From assembly GCF_036321535.1 (NCBI RefSeq), contig NC_087436.1, forward strand, positions 26,042,001 through 26,106,000: DNA of 64,000 nt, in the 5' to 3' direction. Both the position numbers and the translations under genes were made by a program. How positions within the stretch are numbered: the first letter of the stretch is position 1; each line of letters begins with the position of its first letter. Origin of the DNA: Camelus dromedarius. Taxonomy: Eukaryota. Shown here piece by piece: positions 1-13,320 of this stretch. The notes below the pieces were generated by a model. The model ran no database searches. It was given only the letters and a program-made list of their open reading frames with translations, and was not told the origin of the DNA.

Positions 1-769
1 ATATTGGGGCAGATTTTGGAAAATGCCGTCTGCCACACTTTTATAAATAGTAATTATTCTAAATAAAGAAGTATGATATACATATAAACAATAAGTGAAA
101 ATGCAATGGCCTAGTGCTAAAAATATATGAAGTTTTCTTGAATAAAATAAACATCCTAAAGCCTTTGCACAATAGTTAGATCAGTACTGTCCAGTCAAAT
201 TTATATTCTACTTGTCTGATGGACATACATCTAATGAAAACATATTTCTAATGAAAAACCCTAATCCACTGTGTACAGTAAAAGAAGGTAAGCCCTAGTT
301 TTGCTCTTAAATTGAGCTTTCCCAGAATGATTTTTATAAAAAGTTAATGTGGCAATAATTAAATGATTATAAGCTATTTAGGGAAGTCACTAAAAACTGA
401 AAATACCTATTTGATCAAAACTAACATGATCTAAATTTGGGCTGCTGTTTCGCTCTTTTTTCCAAGTTTATACAGCAGAATGTGGAAAACCAATAATTTT
501 AATCTTTAAATAGCAGGAAAATCCATGTAGGGAAATTTAAATTGAATCTCTAGTTTAGTCTTAACCCAGCAAGTGAATCTTCTGATTTAGAGGCTTCCAT
601 TTCTTTGTGAATATTTCAGGATCTTTATGTAATTCACTAACACAAATCCACAAAAATTACCCTATCTGTGGATTTAGAAGGTGCAGACTTAAATGACATA
701 ATGTGGCTAATTAAGCTACTAATTCCTATGATTTTTTAAGTTAATATGTCTGTTTGGATAAGTAACAGG

Positions 770-1115
770 CCAACTGAAAGTGAGTCAACAAATAAGTGTT
801 CATTATCTCATTAACAAGCATGCTAGCAGCAGAGGGGTTCCTGGGCTGAATGAAAGAACTCTAGGTCTTAAAGACTGTAGCTCAGCTTCTCTGCTATTCC
901 CTTGTCTTTTCTTCACAGTCCCCAAAGGGTGGTGGCCATTGCAGACATTGATGAAAACAAGTATCTAAAGCAAAAGAACAGCTATGTCCTTGTTTTGTGT
1001 ATCAACCTTTGTCGCCCTGGGCTGGGAAGGGATCAAGATTAGCATGACCACCCAAAATGTGAACAAAATATGGGTCCTGTTAGCAAAGAGGAAGCAGAAA
1101 GGCTATTGCATAGAC
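770..1115 (-). mobile_element. Old MaLR LTR fragment (MLT1K/L-like)
   Basis: The end 'gaacaaaatatgggtcctgttagcaaagaggaag...ggctattgcatag' resembles the reverse strand of the start of old MLT1 LTRs; highly diverged. Confidence 0.45.
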
Positions 1116-1119
1116 TAGA

Positions 1120-1238
1120 TCACTCAAGTTTTAAAGATCATATAGTCACCTTAAGATCTTATTAAACTGCATATTTTGATTTTCATATGCTCCCAGGTGA
1201 TATTAATGCTGCTAATTTGTGGACCACACTTAAAATAG
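1120..1238. mobile_element. MER5A-like hAT-Charlie MITE, internally deleted
   Basis: 'ctcccaggtgatattaatgctgctaatttgtggaccacactt' matches the MER5A terminal motif. Confidence 0.65.
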
Positions 1239-2397
1239 GGCGCCAACTATGGAGTATAGCACTTCAGGTATTAATCCTATAATGATATTCCCTTTTTGTT
1301 TTATTAGTGATGTTTTCAAATGATGCAGAATGTTGTTGATATGGGGAAAAAAAGCCACAATAAAATACATAAATTGCTTTGTTAAGATAGACCTATAAAC
1401 CAAACAAAGATATTTTTCAATATGTATAATATCATTTTATAGTTAAATATCACTTGTGTTTATTATTCACACAGGCACATAAACTTACAGTTTACCAGTG
1501 AGCAATGGAATAGAATGCATAAGCAATAGCATAATATGTAAATGAAAAAATTCATGACCTTTTACTCATAAAAGATGTTTCAATAGTATGTATTAAGTAT
1601 AAGCAAGGCACAGTTAGAAGATTTTTTAATACTTACCATGAATTTTGTAGAAATTATAGTATCTTTCATTCTTCCAGTTACTAAAAATATATTAAGCCCT
1701 TATGTTACCAACATTAAAAACTGACTTATTTCCTCAAAATTGGTTTTTGCTAAAGGATTATTCTCTTTTAAATTGCCTAATAATTTTGAATTATGACCCA
1801 GATAGTGTAACTCATGACTCAAAAAGCCAAGATTACTTTATAGAGAGGTACACATGTCTTGACTAAATTCTCCACCAGAAACCTGGCACCAACTCTGTCA
1901 ACTTCTAAATACATTATCCACCATATATCAGGAGGCAATTTTTTCAAAGGAAAATAATTTTAAATATTATATATTTAGCAACTGGTAAATTCTTATAACC
2001 AAAAGAGTCGTAATGTCCTACAGTTTTTTTTTTTAAAGTTCACAATAAGTATTTCTGAAAGTCCTAGGACTTGAAAGCATAGTATGTTTAAGAATATTTT
2101 CTGAGAGCCAGTTTCACAAACCTGCTTCATCTCTCTCTCCTTGTTCTACTTGTGTAAGGCAGCGTTGGCTGTCACCGTCTAGTGAAATCTCTCCACTGGC
2201 ATTTGTAGCTATTCTAACAAATGTTACTCATCTGTGTTTTCACTGTTGGTGAAAGTTCTGATGTTCAAAGTAGGCACCCAAGCAAATCCATTCATCAAAA
2301 ATAGCTGTCTGATTATGTGTAGTATTTCTTAGTTTGTTACTTAAAGAAAGAATTTCAGGTTTATAAAATAAAGGAAAAATGGGCAATTGGGGAACTC

Positions 2398-2482
2398 ATG
2401 TATTTTGGTCCCTGCTGTGTCACTGGTGTCCAAAAAAGTGCCTGGCACATAGTAGGTGTTCAGTTGGTGGTCAAATGAATAA
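2398..2482 (+). mobile_element. L2 3' end
   Basis: Diagnostic L2 tail 'gtgcctggcacatagtaggtgttca...aatgaataa'. Confidence 0.8.
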
Positions 2483-3339
2483 GTCTTTCTATTTATACAA
2501 TATTCTTTTTTCATTTTTTTCAACCAGGATTTGAAAACAGTTTCATCTTCCTGATAAAAACCATGATAGATATAGTGGTAAGATAGCAAAGATTGACACA
2601 TCTGCATAAGAGATTTTTTTCTATGTCATAGTATCATCTTTAAATAGCTTCATGGTATCTTCTTTGAATAACTTAGCAATATTTTGTACATGTAAAGCAT
2701 AATTTTCCTGCTGTCTCAGTAATTGAATGTAGATGTAAAGATGCAAAGGCCTTCAGATGTATACTTAGAAAAATATTTTTGCTGATTAATGGGGAACTTT
2801 GGGACAGATTCTGAAAATACAGCTTTCAAAATGTTAAACATCCTCTTTTTGGATTGTATTGTGCACTGTTACGCTGTGACTCATACAGCACAGGCAATTC
2901 TCATTTTTCTACTGTTTATTCTGCAGACAGCATAAAAAAGAATAATGCTTTTTCATTATCATGATGTATGCAAATGAGGTGCTAAATTCCTAAATGAAGA
3001 CTCAGCACCAAAATCATAGATCTTCTTAACAATGTCATATATTATTATAATTCTTTAACACTAAATATTTTTTGAAAGGAAAAATGAAATTCCACATCCT
3101 ATAATTACATGTAAATATATTGGCCAACATTATTGTTTGCCTAGTACAGTAATCTAATATTTCCCCCCCCTTTTTTTTTTTATACTGTCCACAGTTTAAT
3201 GAAATTCTACCCATTGCATTACCAAAAACATTAGATCAAGGAAATACTGTAAGAAATCAGTAAATATCTCTGTTGAACCAACAGTTGTTGGGTCTTAAGT
3301 TTCTTTGTTTGTGAATGACACTACTGGACGAATGTGACA

Positions 3340-3737
3340 AAAATAGCTAGCTATTGAAGAAAATTTATGGTCCTCCTTCCAAGAGAGTGCAGAGTGTCAT
3401 TGAAAGACAACTAGGCTTCTCACATGCATTTGTAGCCATGTGAAAATATGAACAGAAATGAGCATCCCTTTCTAAAGAAAGAATTTAAGGAGCTGATGTG
3501 GCTTCTCCAGGCTTCTACTGTCTATAAGCAGAGGACTCTAAGCCCTAGAAGACTGGAGAGTCACAAGATGTTAATGACCTGATTCTCTGAGTCATTATGT
3601 AGGGGAAAGCCACTCAGTAACCATGAGCATTGGGCTTCATTGGGCTATTTTATAAGCGACAAATAAACTGTTGTATGAAGCCACTGGTATTTTGGAGTTT
3701 ACTTGTTCCAGCAGCTAACACCACCCTAGTGAAACCA
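3340..3737 (+). mobile_element. MaLR LTR (MLT1I/J-like)
   Basis: The 3' end 'aaataaac...aagccactggtattttggagtttacttgttccagcagctaac' is typical of MLT1 LTRs. Confidence 0.7.
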
Positions 3738-3964
3738 GGAATCGCTGTATTCTACTTTATATAACTCAAAATATTAAATAATTACATATATAAAACAATA
3801 TTAAAAACTTAGCACGAGCATAGCATATATATAATTATGAGACATTAGCAATGTAGGCTTTTGTTTTAAAATGATGTATAATTAGTAAATAATGATGAAG
3901 TACCATAAAATGCATGTTATTGACCAGGAACTGAACATTCATTTAAATGTTACAAAGATTCTGG

Positions 3965-4100
3965 GAATTAGTTATTATTATTCTCCATTGTACAAATGTG
4001 ATAACTAAAGCTCAAGAAAGGTAACTATACCAAAGTCGTTGACTTAATAAGCATTGGAATCTGGAATTGAATAGAAGCCTTTCTACCAGCAAAGCTGATT
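3965..4100 (-). mobile_element. MIR SINE
   Basis: The core 'ttctccattgtacaaatgtgataactaaagctcaagaaaggtaac' is a degenerate MIR core on the reverse strand. Confidence 0.75.
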
Positions 4101-4689
4101 TAGTTCTGTTATATTTGCTATCTTCTAAAATAGCCCTTTGAGCAGTTGTCTCATTTTGCCTCTTCTTTTCACCACCACTAATTGACAATATTCTACACAA
4201 GATGTCTCCACTTTCTGATAAAAAATGCACTCTACAGATCCTTGCAGTCAGACTGTAACTGTCTCATTACTTTGCTGAAACTAGTCAACTCAACTTTCAT
4301 TTTTACATAGATTTCAGAAGAATGTAACTAATAAGGAATAATTCCAGAGAGAGATTATTTTTAAAATCACAAAAGAGAATAACATGTCTTATGCTACTGT
4401 TTGTGTAAAAGTTAAAACAAGAATTGATCATGTGTATGTTTATGTGCACAAAGGGTGTTGGAAAGCTATATAGGAACATTGTGACTCTGTTCTCTGACTT
4501 GGGATATAAAGAAAAGAGGCCTGCATTTCACAGTAGGCCTTTTGTACCTTTTAACTTTTTAAATTTAATTTAGAAAATAAGATAAAATGCACATTTTCCC
4601 AGAAATATATCCATGTTCATTATTCTGATTGCTGCTATATTAGACACCTGTGACCAAATTTCTTTGTAGACAATATCTTTTATTCATTT

Positions 4690-4960
4690 TCATGCTGAGT
4701 CTTCTACCTGGAATGTCTTTTCTCTGCCAAAATCTAATTCATCTTTCAAAGTTATTGAAGTTTATCTAAAGTTTTCCCTGATGTCTGCCACATGAACAGA
4801 AAAACAAAATCACATTCTCATCTGTAGTTCTCAATTTATATATTCTGATGATAATCAATGAGTTAATCTATTGTGAGATCTGGGTACATGAATTATCAAA
4901 TAATAAATTCCTTGAAATTAGGAATTATCTTATATTAATCTTTGTTCCACAAAGTGTAAT
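4690..4960 (+). mobile_element. L2 3' region fragment
   Basis: 'tctacctggaatgtcttttc...taattcatctttcaaag' and 'taaattccttgaaattaggaattatctt' are L2 3' motifs. Confidence 0.55.
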
Positions 4961-7369
4961 CCTATCTGGGAGAGAGTAATGCAATAAATTATCAAGCTCT
5001 GTTTGAGTCAGTCCTCAGTGACATGTAAAGAGATGTCCTCCACTTTATCCAACCACAATTCAGCTCTTAAAGACCTCCATTTTCAAATCATACATCATAG
5101 GCCCTTTCCCAAGGTATAGACTGTATTATTGTTCCTACTCGTAAGACACAGGTGATCCTTTCTTTATGATTGTAGGAGAGAGGAGTTACCTTTCTAGTCA
5201 GCAACAGGAAACAAATAATGAAATACAAGATGTGGTGTGTGCAGATATATTCATTTGTCACTCTAGAAATGGGTTTATGTTTTAATACAAGTTTATAAAA
5301 ATCTTCAAACTCTTAAAATTGTCTTTTTTCTCTGTGGTTATTAGCAGACTTAAGCGTGTTAGTATAAATTTTAAAAAGATACAAGTGTAAGAAAATTGAT
5401 GTGCTTATAAACCAGAGTAAAATCCCTAATACATTTATTTTTCAATAGAATTAGCAGTCATTTCTGCCAGCTACCTACTGGTTCTTAGATTTACCCTAAA
5501 TCAATCTTTAAGCATTTAATTCTACTACGAGTGATACAATAAAAGGAATCAGTAAGTAAAAGATACGCAGATAAGACTTCTATTTATTCTGGGTATTTTC
5601 ATTCTTTTCAAAATAAGGTAAATCCATAAATTGAAAACTATAACTAAAAAGTTTTGAATACTAATTAATAGGAATTATGTTATTCTTGAGTCATTTATAG
5701 AAAGTAAAATCTTAAGGGAAGTTAAAGTTCCATTTTATCAAGAACATTCATTAAGTGTATGATTTTTATAAATTTATCTGTCAATTTTGAAACCAGGAAA
5801 ACACTAACAATAATAACATACAAATAGGGAAATTGAGCAGATTTTGAAAGAATGTAAGTAAAACACTTAGAGCTTAAAGCCATTATATACATTTTTTATA
5901 TTTCAAAGCAATAAAAAATACTGTCCACTGAGTGAATGATGTAATAAATGACTAATACAGATGATTTAGATCATAACTTAGAAATCTGTTAATGATAATA
6001 GATGAGAAACTATGATTAAAACAACTTTCCAGACAAAACTACTGAGATGTGAAAAACACAGAGAGAACTACATATAACAGCAGTACTTGAGCAATAAATC
6101 TCCTGCATCTTCCCAAATGACTATGTCGTCCAGTATAAAGTATGTATGATAGATTTATGAGCTTTCCTTCTATACAGTGTTTATGTAACTTTAGCTGGGA
6201 ACCTAGGCCACATTGTTAATCTTCAGGGAGTCCTTTCTGTTAATTATTCCTCACTGCACTTCAGGAGATATGTGTATTATTATTTAACTCATAGTGAAGA
6301 TAAACAAAACAGCATAGATGTGTGTATGGATTTAGTACAATTACAAGGATGAGATGTGGAATACTCAGGTTTTGCACTTTGTCTTACCTTTTCATCATAC
6401 AGCTAAAATAATTTTGATTTTTACTTTTAACCCTGAAAGTCCATGAAAATGTTGTATAAATCTAGTAATATGCTGTGAAATATTTTTATGTGAATGGCTT
6501 TCAGTGTTTTTTCTCTTCTATAATTCTTAAGATTAAGGAAGGAAAAACTAAAATGTAATCAGCATGGTAGAATCCTGATGCATTACCTTGTATTATAGAT
6601 GGAACAGAGAACCATTTAAAACGGTTTGCCTGAATTTAAAATACATCTCAAAATATTAGCAGATTCAAGTTTTGGAGGATTCCTATGAGGTTATGCCTAT
6701 GAATGAAAAGTATGAACAACTCTTGCAGTTTCCAAGCACCTTTTGGACAATTTGCAGGGTGATTTTTGTTTTCTATTTTTCCTTGATATTGTGCTTGAAG
6801 TCAGAAATATTAAATTTATAGTATTAAATTTGGCTGTTATATATTAAACTCATTTCAGATTATATGTAGCTACCTGGTTTTTAGAATTTCCTATACCATT
6901 TCCCTAACATGGTATTTTTATCATGCAAAAAAATAACTTGAGAGTAGTGTGAGTCTGAGTGGTATCTGGGGAAAGATCTGTTCTGGACCCGATGACTGTT
7001 GCTCTTGTTTGTATTTCTGGCACATACCCTGGCATATGTCATGCCCACTGTAGAACCAGGGCCATAGCATAGCAGATCAGGTCAACATCAAAAGGAAAGG
7101 TGTGACACTTCTTTCTGTTTGTGCAACAAGTCATCAACTGGTGGCCTGGAGTCCTGAGAAGAAGTGATGAGCTATCCATATCTACAATATTCCTGGAGAG
7201 ACCTAGGCAAGGCTCAGGAGTATTAACAAGTTTAATCAGTGTGGAATACTCCATGAGTTCATATCACCCAAAATATAAAACTGTATCCTCTGGAGCACTG
7301 GAGAGTATGACATTCTTGACTGAGTGAGAACATGGTTGCCAAAATCTGTCAGTTTTTTCTTCAACTGAT

Positions 7370-7800
7370 TTATGATATCAAGTGCAAAGGTGGATAATTT
7401 CACTAGTGATATCTTAGTTGAATATTATTCAAAGGCCGTTTTGTTTATGTTGATGGGTTGGGCATCAGCTGCTGGGCTGAGGACTGGATTGTTGGGAATT
7501 TATGGAGTAAAAATATGATGAATCCTTGGAAGAAAATTGAAACTAGCCCATATAAATTTAGAAAGTGGGATCATTAAAACCTTGCCTATTAAAGTGTTCT
7601 GTGTTTTTGAAGACTCCAGAGTTTAAGTTTCTCTGGAATATGGATTTGTTAAAAGTGAAACCGTGAGCAGTAATCATAATAGATCGTATTATCATGGGTA
7701 GTAGGTTGGTTCTGTTGGAAAGGATCAGGGGGCTATTCAAAATAACAACTAGTGTAGCATTTAGTATCTAGGATAAATACCAGTACTGGTGAATAGTGGC
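7370..7800 (+). mobile_element. Very ancient non-LTR retrotransposon RT relic (CR1/L3- or RTE-X-like)
   Basis: Degenerate RT motifs appear in the expected order across frameshifts: SAKVDNFTSDILVE (~KAPGPDGI), AEDWIVGNL (~PEDWKxANV), FEDSRV*VSLEYGFVK (~LEDNKVIxxSQHGFTK), TSVAFSI*D (~DFSKAFDTV). Confidence 0.45.
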
Positions 7801-8062
7801 TGAATTATCAGCCCTGGAAAGAATGAACAACTTACCACCAAATAAGTATTTTCTAAGGTAGGTTGTCATTTTAAAACCTACATAGAATGCTTCAGTTATG
7901 CAATGAATATGTTATAAATACCTCGCAAAGATCCACGATTTTCAGGGGACATTTGGTTGCTTGATTTTGTTTTCCTTCATGACAATGTTTTGCCTTTTAC
8001 ATTGGGAAAATCTGGTTCATAAAATGTTAGTTAAGAGGTAAAATACTACAAATTTACAACCA

Positions 8063-8560
8063 GTTATTTTAATTTTTATTGAAGTATAACTGACATACGA
8101 CATTATATTAGTTTCAGGTATACAAAATAATAATTCAATATTTGTATATATTGCAAAATGATTACAGCAATGAGTCTAATTAATATCTGTCACCATACAG
8201 TTACAGAATTTCTTTTCTTATGATGAGAACTTTTAAGATTTACTCTCTTAGCAACTTTCAAATATGCAATACAGTATCTTTACTGCTGTACATTATATCA
8301 CCATGACTTATTCATTTCATACCTGGAAATTTGTACCTTTTGACTACATTCAGCCATTTCACCTATCCACCCCATCCCCTGCCTCTGACAACTACCAATC
8401 TGTTCTCTTTATCTATGAGCTTGGCTTTTCATTATTAATTTTTTCTTTTTTTTTTTTTTTAAGATTCCACGTATAAATGAGATCATATGGTATTTATCTT
8501 TCTCTGTCTGGCTTTTTTCCACTTGACATAGTGCCCTCAAGGTTCATCGTGTTGTCACAG
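8063..8560 (-). mobile_element. 5'-truncated L1 3' UTR (L1MA9-like)
   Basis: T-rich tail followed by 'attgaagtataactgacatac...gtttcaggtatacaa'; TSD 'tacaacca' at 8055-8062 and 8561-8568. Confidence 0.9.
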
Positions 8561-9000
8561 TACAACCAACTCTTATATCAACTAGGAATCTATGGAGGGA
8601 GAAGTAAGTTATCAGGGGTTTCTTGGGAGATAAAAATGTAAGAATTTGGAAAAGAAAAAAATGACTTGACACTAATAAGTTGTAACAACAGTTTTTGGCT
8701 GAGCAACCTTATTGGTCTGTTACCACTAACTAGCAAAATAATAATATGCTGTACAAGTAATACATCCTTTGCTTTAATCATCATGCCAGTATGACACAGT
8801 TTTAGTGAATATTTATTGCATACTGCAGTTCTTTACTAGATATCAGTTTCCAATAGTTACTATATTTTATTCTTCTTTTAAATTAGAATTCAATAGTCCA
8901 CTTTTTTCTTTCTTTGTTTAATTGTAAAGCTTGGTATGGTATCTCTAAAAGATAATGATTTGGGCAAAGACTACGATTTTTATAAAGAGAAAACACTATC

Positions 9001-9576
9001 TGTTTTACTCAGGGTTCAGGAGCACACAGCAGCAATAATAATCACTAGTTTAAGCCTAAAGATATTTAGTGTTACATATTAGGCCTCTTATAGAATTGTT
9101 GGAAGGCCAGAATCATAGGCTATATTTCATGCCTTCAGAAATAGCTTTCAGACCCTAGTGTCATTCTGTATCTCCAGGATGGTTAAAGCTTACATACCCC
9201 CTGCAGAAAGGTGTGAAATCTTCTGACATGTGCTGAAAGCAGAACCATGCTGCTTCTACCTACCGCTATCCATACCAGCAAAGCAATGCTTAATATCCTG
9301 CTTTCCTTCACACTTAACTCTTTTACAGCCAAATGCCCCACTGAGAATATCTGCGTGATATGCAGGACCCTGGCTACATGGCAATCTGAGAAGGCTAGAG
9401 ATCAGCATTCCAGAATCTGCAACACTGGAAGGGATTGGAATAGTTTTTGAATGAACCATTCCACAAGATATGCCCAAATTCACTCATTAGGGAACTCCAC
9501 AAACAAACTTAATAGGCAGCAGAAATGGCAAAAGTAATATACGCCTACCTAACATAATGTAACCATCTGCCCTACA
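9001..9576 (-). mobile_element. ERVL LTR (LTR33/LTR41-like)
   Basis: TG...CA bounded (tgttttactcagggttc ... gccctaca); adjoins ERVL internal sequence carrying a dUTPase relic. Confidence 0.5.
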
Positions 9577-10330
9577 GAGATGGTTCACGTTCTCCTCACA
9601 AGAATGCCTTCACCTTTTAGTGGTAATCATTTTCCAATAGTTCAGGTTCAGTCTCAAACTGTTACCTTCCTAAACCTATAAATTTAATTTTTATTGCTAC
9701 CACCATGGCGTATACATGGTATAGAACAAGGAAGAAAATTGTGTGATTGTCACATTCCTTGTTAGAAAACTATCATTCAGGGGTTACTTTTCACACTATG
9801 TTCTATGACTAGTTTTGTGTTCCAAGTGTGTCCCATATACATAGAATTCAGTGTGAGTGGTGCCAAAATAGTACCCTGAATTTGGACATTACAGCAGTTC
9901 TTGTAGTGATTCTGTGGTGGTTTATGACTTCCTCTACTCACTAACCTTTATATATTTTCCTTTGTTCTCAGCAAAATACCAACTCAGGACTCTGTGCTTG
10001 ATAGGGTGACTCAAAACCCTTATTTGTAAAATTGGTGAGATTTAGTACTCCTGCATGTATTGAGCTGACATAATTTTCACTAGCTTTAACATTGGATGTA
10101 GAATACCAAAAATACTCTAGAGAATTCTCTGGAATCCATCCATTCTCCTTTCCCCCATTATGTAGCAGAAACTGCAAATCCTCTTGATAATAAGGATTGA
10201 TCACCCATGCCAGTATAGCAAACTCTTCTCTGACCCTCACACTCAAAAAAGCTCAAATAGCTAAGATGGCATACTTGACTTGCAGCTAAGTGGAACCACT
10301 ATTGTGTCCCTAGGTAGAAACAGTATTCCA
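9577..10330 (-). mobile_element. ERVL internal remnant with decayed dUTPase
   Basis: The minus-strand translation FLPRDTIVVPLSCKSSMPS*LF...AILAWVINPYYQEDLQFLLHNGGKE aligns to the ERVL dUTPase (LPPGDTTMIPLNWKLRLPPGHFG...VLAGVIDPDYQGEIGLLLHNGGKE). Confidence 0.85.
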
Positions 10331-10599
10331 TTATAACTAGATCTCTAAAATAACAAAGTATAAAAGTATACTGAAAGTATAAAAACAGGGGAAAATAAAT
10401 GTGAAGAGCAACTCAAAATACAGGCAAGAGGAACTACTATCTTTTCCATCTCTTGGTTCCCAGACCTAAGTTTTCCAACTAAAAGATAAATGGTAACATG
10501 TATTGTTTGCAGATTCAGGAAAATAAATATTACGTCCTGTAGGAAGGTCCTAGCACCTACTAGATCTTAGTATTTAACTTGTGCTATGATCTATTTTTT

Positions 10600-11280
10600 C
10601 ACTAATAAATAATTTTAGAAGCAGTAAGTGGCCATATGGTAAAGAGAAAACTGTATACATTCCTCATCAAATCTGTTGAGATAAATTTCAAATAGATCAG
10701 ATATTAAAAAGTAAATATACAAGTATTAAAGAAATTAATACAGTGCTATAGTTTACAACCTAGGAATAGGGAGAATTTTTCTAACCATAACTTTTATTTT
10801 ACTTGAAGAAAATAAAGAAAACATGGATAAACTTGACAATGTAGAACATAAAAAAGATATTCACATGGGATAAAATGCCCTAAGAAAGGTATACAAAAAT
10901 AAAAATAAGATTTGACAAACTGGAAAATATGTTTTCATTTAAACATAAAAATTTAATAATTCTAATGGATGAGGAGAGCCTATAAATTAAGAAGAAAATA
11001 TAAGTAACCCAACACAAAGATGTGCAAAGAAAAGCCCAGTTACAAAGGAAAGAAAAGTACCAAATTTTATGATATTCCTGCTAACCTAAAATAGGCTAAT
11101 TACAGCAAAATGAAAGTGAATAATTACTAAAGGGATTTTGATTAATATACACAAAAAGTCCATGAGTTTTAATGACATAAAAAATAGATTTAAAAAATAT
11201 ATGAAACTTTATTGATCATCAGTGGACATTTCTAAGGGCAAAGTCTGTATTGTTAACCACTAGGTTATACAGCCACTAAC
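10600..11280 (+). mobile_element. Old L1M ORF2/3' fragments
   Basis: A-rich; 'ataaatttcaaatagatcagatattaaa', 'aacctaggaatagggagaatttttctaa' and 'cttgacaatgtagaacataaaaaa' are degenerate late-ORF2 L1M motifs. Confidence 0.6.
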
Positions 11281-11940
11281 TAACAGAATATTTCTTTTCA
11301 TATTGACTTTCAGGAAATCAGAAATAAATTTGCAACTTAGCTCAGCAACTTATCTTTTCTTTGATCCAACTTAGCATTTCTATTTCTATGCTTTTGTGCT
11401 TTTTGAAATGCACATATATCACATAAATATTTTTTGCAAGTCATTTCTCTTCCTTTGTGGAAGAAGATAGAACCTTACCAAATAATATTTTTCTCAATGT
11501 ATGTGACTACAAATATTCACTAATATGAGGAGAAAAATAAGAGGTTGAATGGTTAGAGAGTGTGAGGATAAACAGAGATAAGAGCCTTCCTATATGAAGG
11601 GTATAGTTCTTTGTGCTGCAGATTAATAGTGGTGAAGACTGAGGAAAGACAAATAGCAGGTCATGTTTGGGAGTCACAGACATATTTCATGTTAGTAGCC
11701 AATGATGACTTGATGTAGTGGGAGTGGCCAGTAAAAGCCACTCTTCCAAGAAAGAAAAAATTAGAAGAAGAATGTAATGAGGCCTTGGAAGTTTATAATT
11801 TTTCCTGACTGTTACTAGGTATAAGCAAAGTATAAAAGAGTAAATAAATGGATTAGTATCATGTTTAGTATTAAGATAACTTACAACATCATTCTCTGTG
11901 CAGAACAAAATGGATTAACCAGATTTATTCAGTAATTTCT

Positions 11941-11941
11941 T

Positions 11942-11973
<32 letters not shown>
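11941..11973. repeat. Compound (CT)n(CA)n microsatellite
   Basis: Directly visible in the sequence. Confidence 0.95.
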
Positions 11974-13320
11974 TTTTAGTACTGTGGCAATTTATCTACA
12001 ATTTTCAAAACTATATTTAATGGCAAATACATTAGAAAAGGGTGATAAAGATATGGTTATCTTCAAAAAAATTACTATATAAAATATTGAAAAGTATTGA
12101 AGTTAATGTCAATAGAAGCTGATAGACATAAATAAGTTTTCTATTAGTAGATATAAATATTTAATAAGCCATGAAAATTGTAGTGAGTAAAAGGTAGATA
12201 AATAAGTGTTATCTACAGCTTTCATAATGAATGCTAAAATTCAATTCAGGGCAATCCAGAAAGGAGGTGTAATTGAATGCAGAAGATGAAAGAAAGTAAA
12301 CATAAACCCTAGAACTTAGAATAATGCAAAGCAGAAAATGAGGGTATCAATCCAAGAAGTTCAAGTGATAATTTCATGAAACTATTATGTATCTGGAAGT
12401 ATAAAAATTTGGAGAGGATATGAATAAGCAAGATGGAAGGGAGAGGATAAAGTAAATGTATTCTATCATGGGATGTAATCAACTGTTTAATTTCATTCCC
12501 ATATGCCTCATTCGATTATGTTGACAACTGAAAAGCACATTTATCTAAATTTTTAAAGTATTTAGACATTAACCAATATAATATGAGTCATCTAAATTGT
12601 ACATTGCAAATAAAAATTAGATCAGCCATTTAAACAGAAGCAATAAGAAATGACATTAAATTATTCAATGACAAATAGCTCTATCCAGTTAAATGTCACA
12701 TACATTTTAAAGAAATTCACTTGTCAGAAAGATAGCTAACTGCTGAAATGATAAATACTATGGTAAATGCAGAAAAAGGTCAATTAGTAATGTACTGTTT
12801 TTGAAAGCAACATCTTCTGGCATTTATTCTATTATAGTTGTATTATTCCCTTTTATTTATAGAATGAAGATGGGTAACTTTCTTGGCATATACATCTCTC
12901 ATTCAGACTAAATAGAAATTAAGGTTAAGATTTACATTTAAAAATAATAATACAGTTTTAAATCAAATCCTTTCCTTTTAAATGTAGAAAAATTGGGTGC
13001 TAAACATACTTGGAAGAAAAAAATAGCTACTGCACTATTTGTGACCCAAAATTTAGCAAATAAAAGAGTTTACTGCAATAATATATACACCAGTCTGATT
13101 TGAATATTTTTAGCAAATGCCAAAGTATCTTTGAATTCACTTTGATGAGTTCACGGTGTAATCATGACAATTAATTTAAAATAATCTTCCAAAGATACAA
13201 GAATAGTATGCTATGCTTTATAGAGAGAGAATTGGAGTAATTCTGAATGGTGAGTTTCTTTGCAGTGTGAAAAAAACTCAGTTTCCATTTTATGGTTTTT
13301 AGACTGTCAATAAAATTGTT

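Noticed and set aside
604..676. Short inverted repeats (gtgaat/attcac; aaatccaca/tgtggattt)
   Set aside because: Stems of 6-9 bp are expected by chance in AT-rich DNA and show no RNA gene features.
2341..2607. 88-aa minus-strand ORF with a protein-like start
   Set aside because: It runs into an L2 tail, has no clear splice donor and no recognisable homology.
7250..7300. Minus-strand 'ILGDMN' resembling an APE endonuclease motif, and 'LICYAMALVL' (~7050-7080) resembling YADD
   Set aside because: The spacing is far too short for EN and RT, and the plus strand gives a more coherent series of motifs.
12845..13256. Microexon-like AG...GT pairs (also near 278-287 and 45890-45903)
   Set aside because: Too short to distinguish from chance without expression or conservation data.
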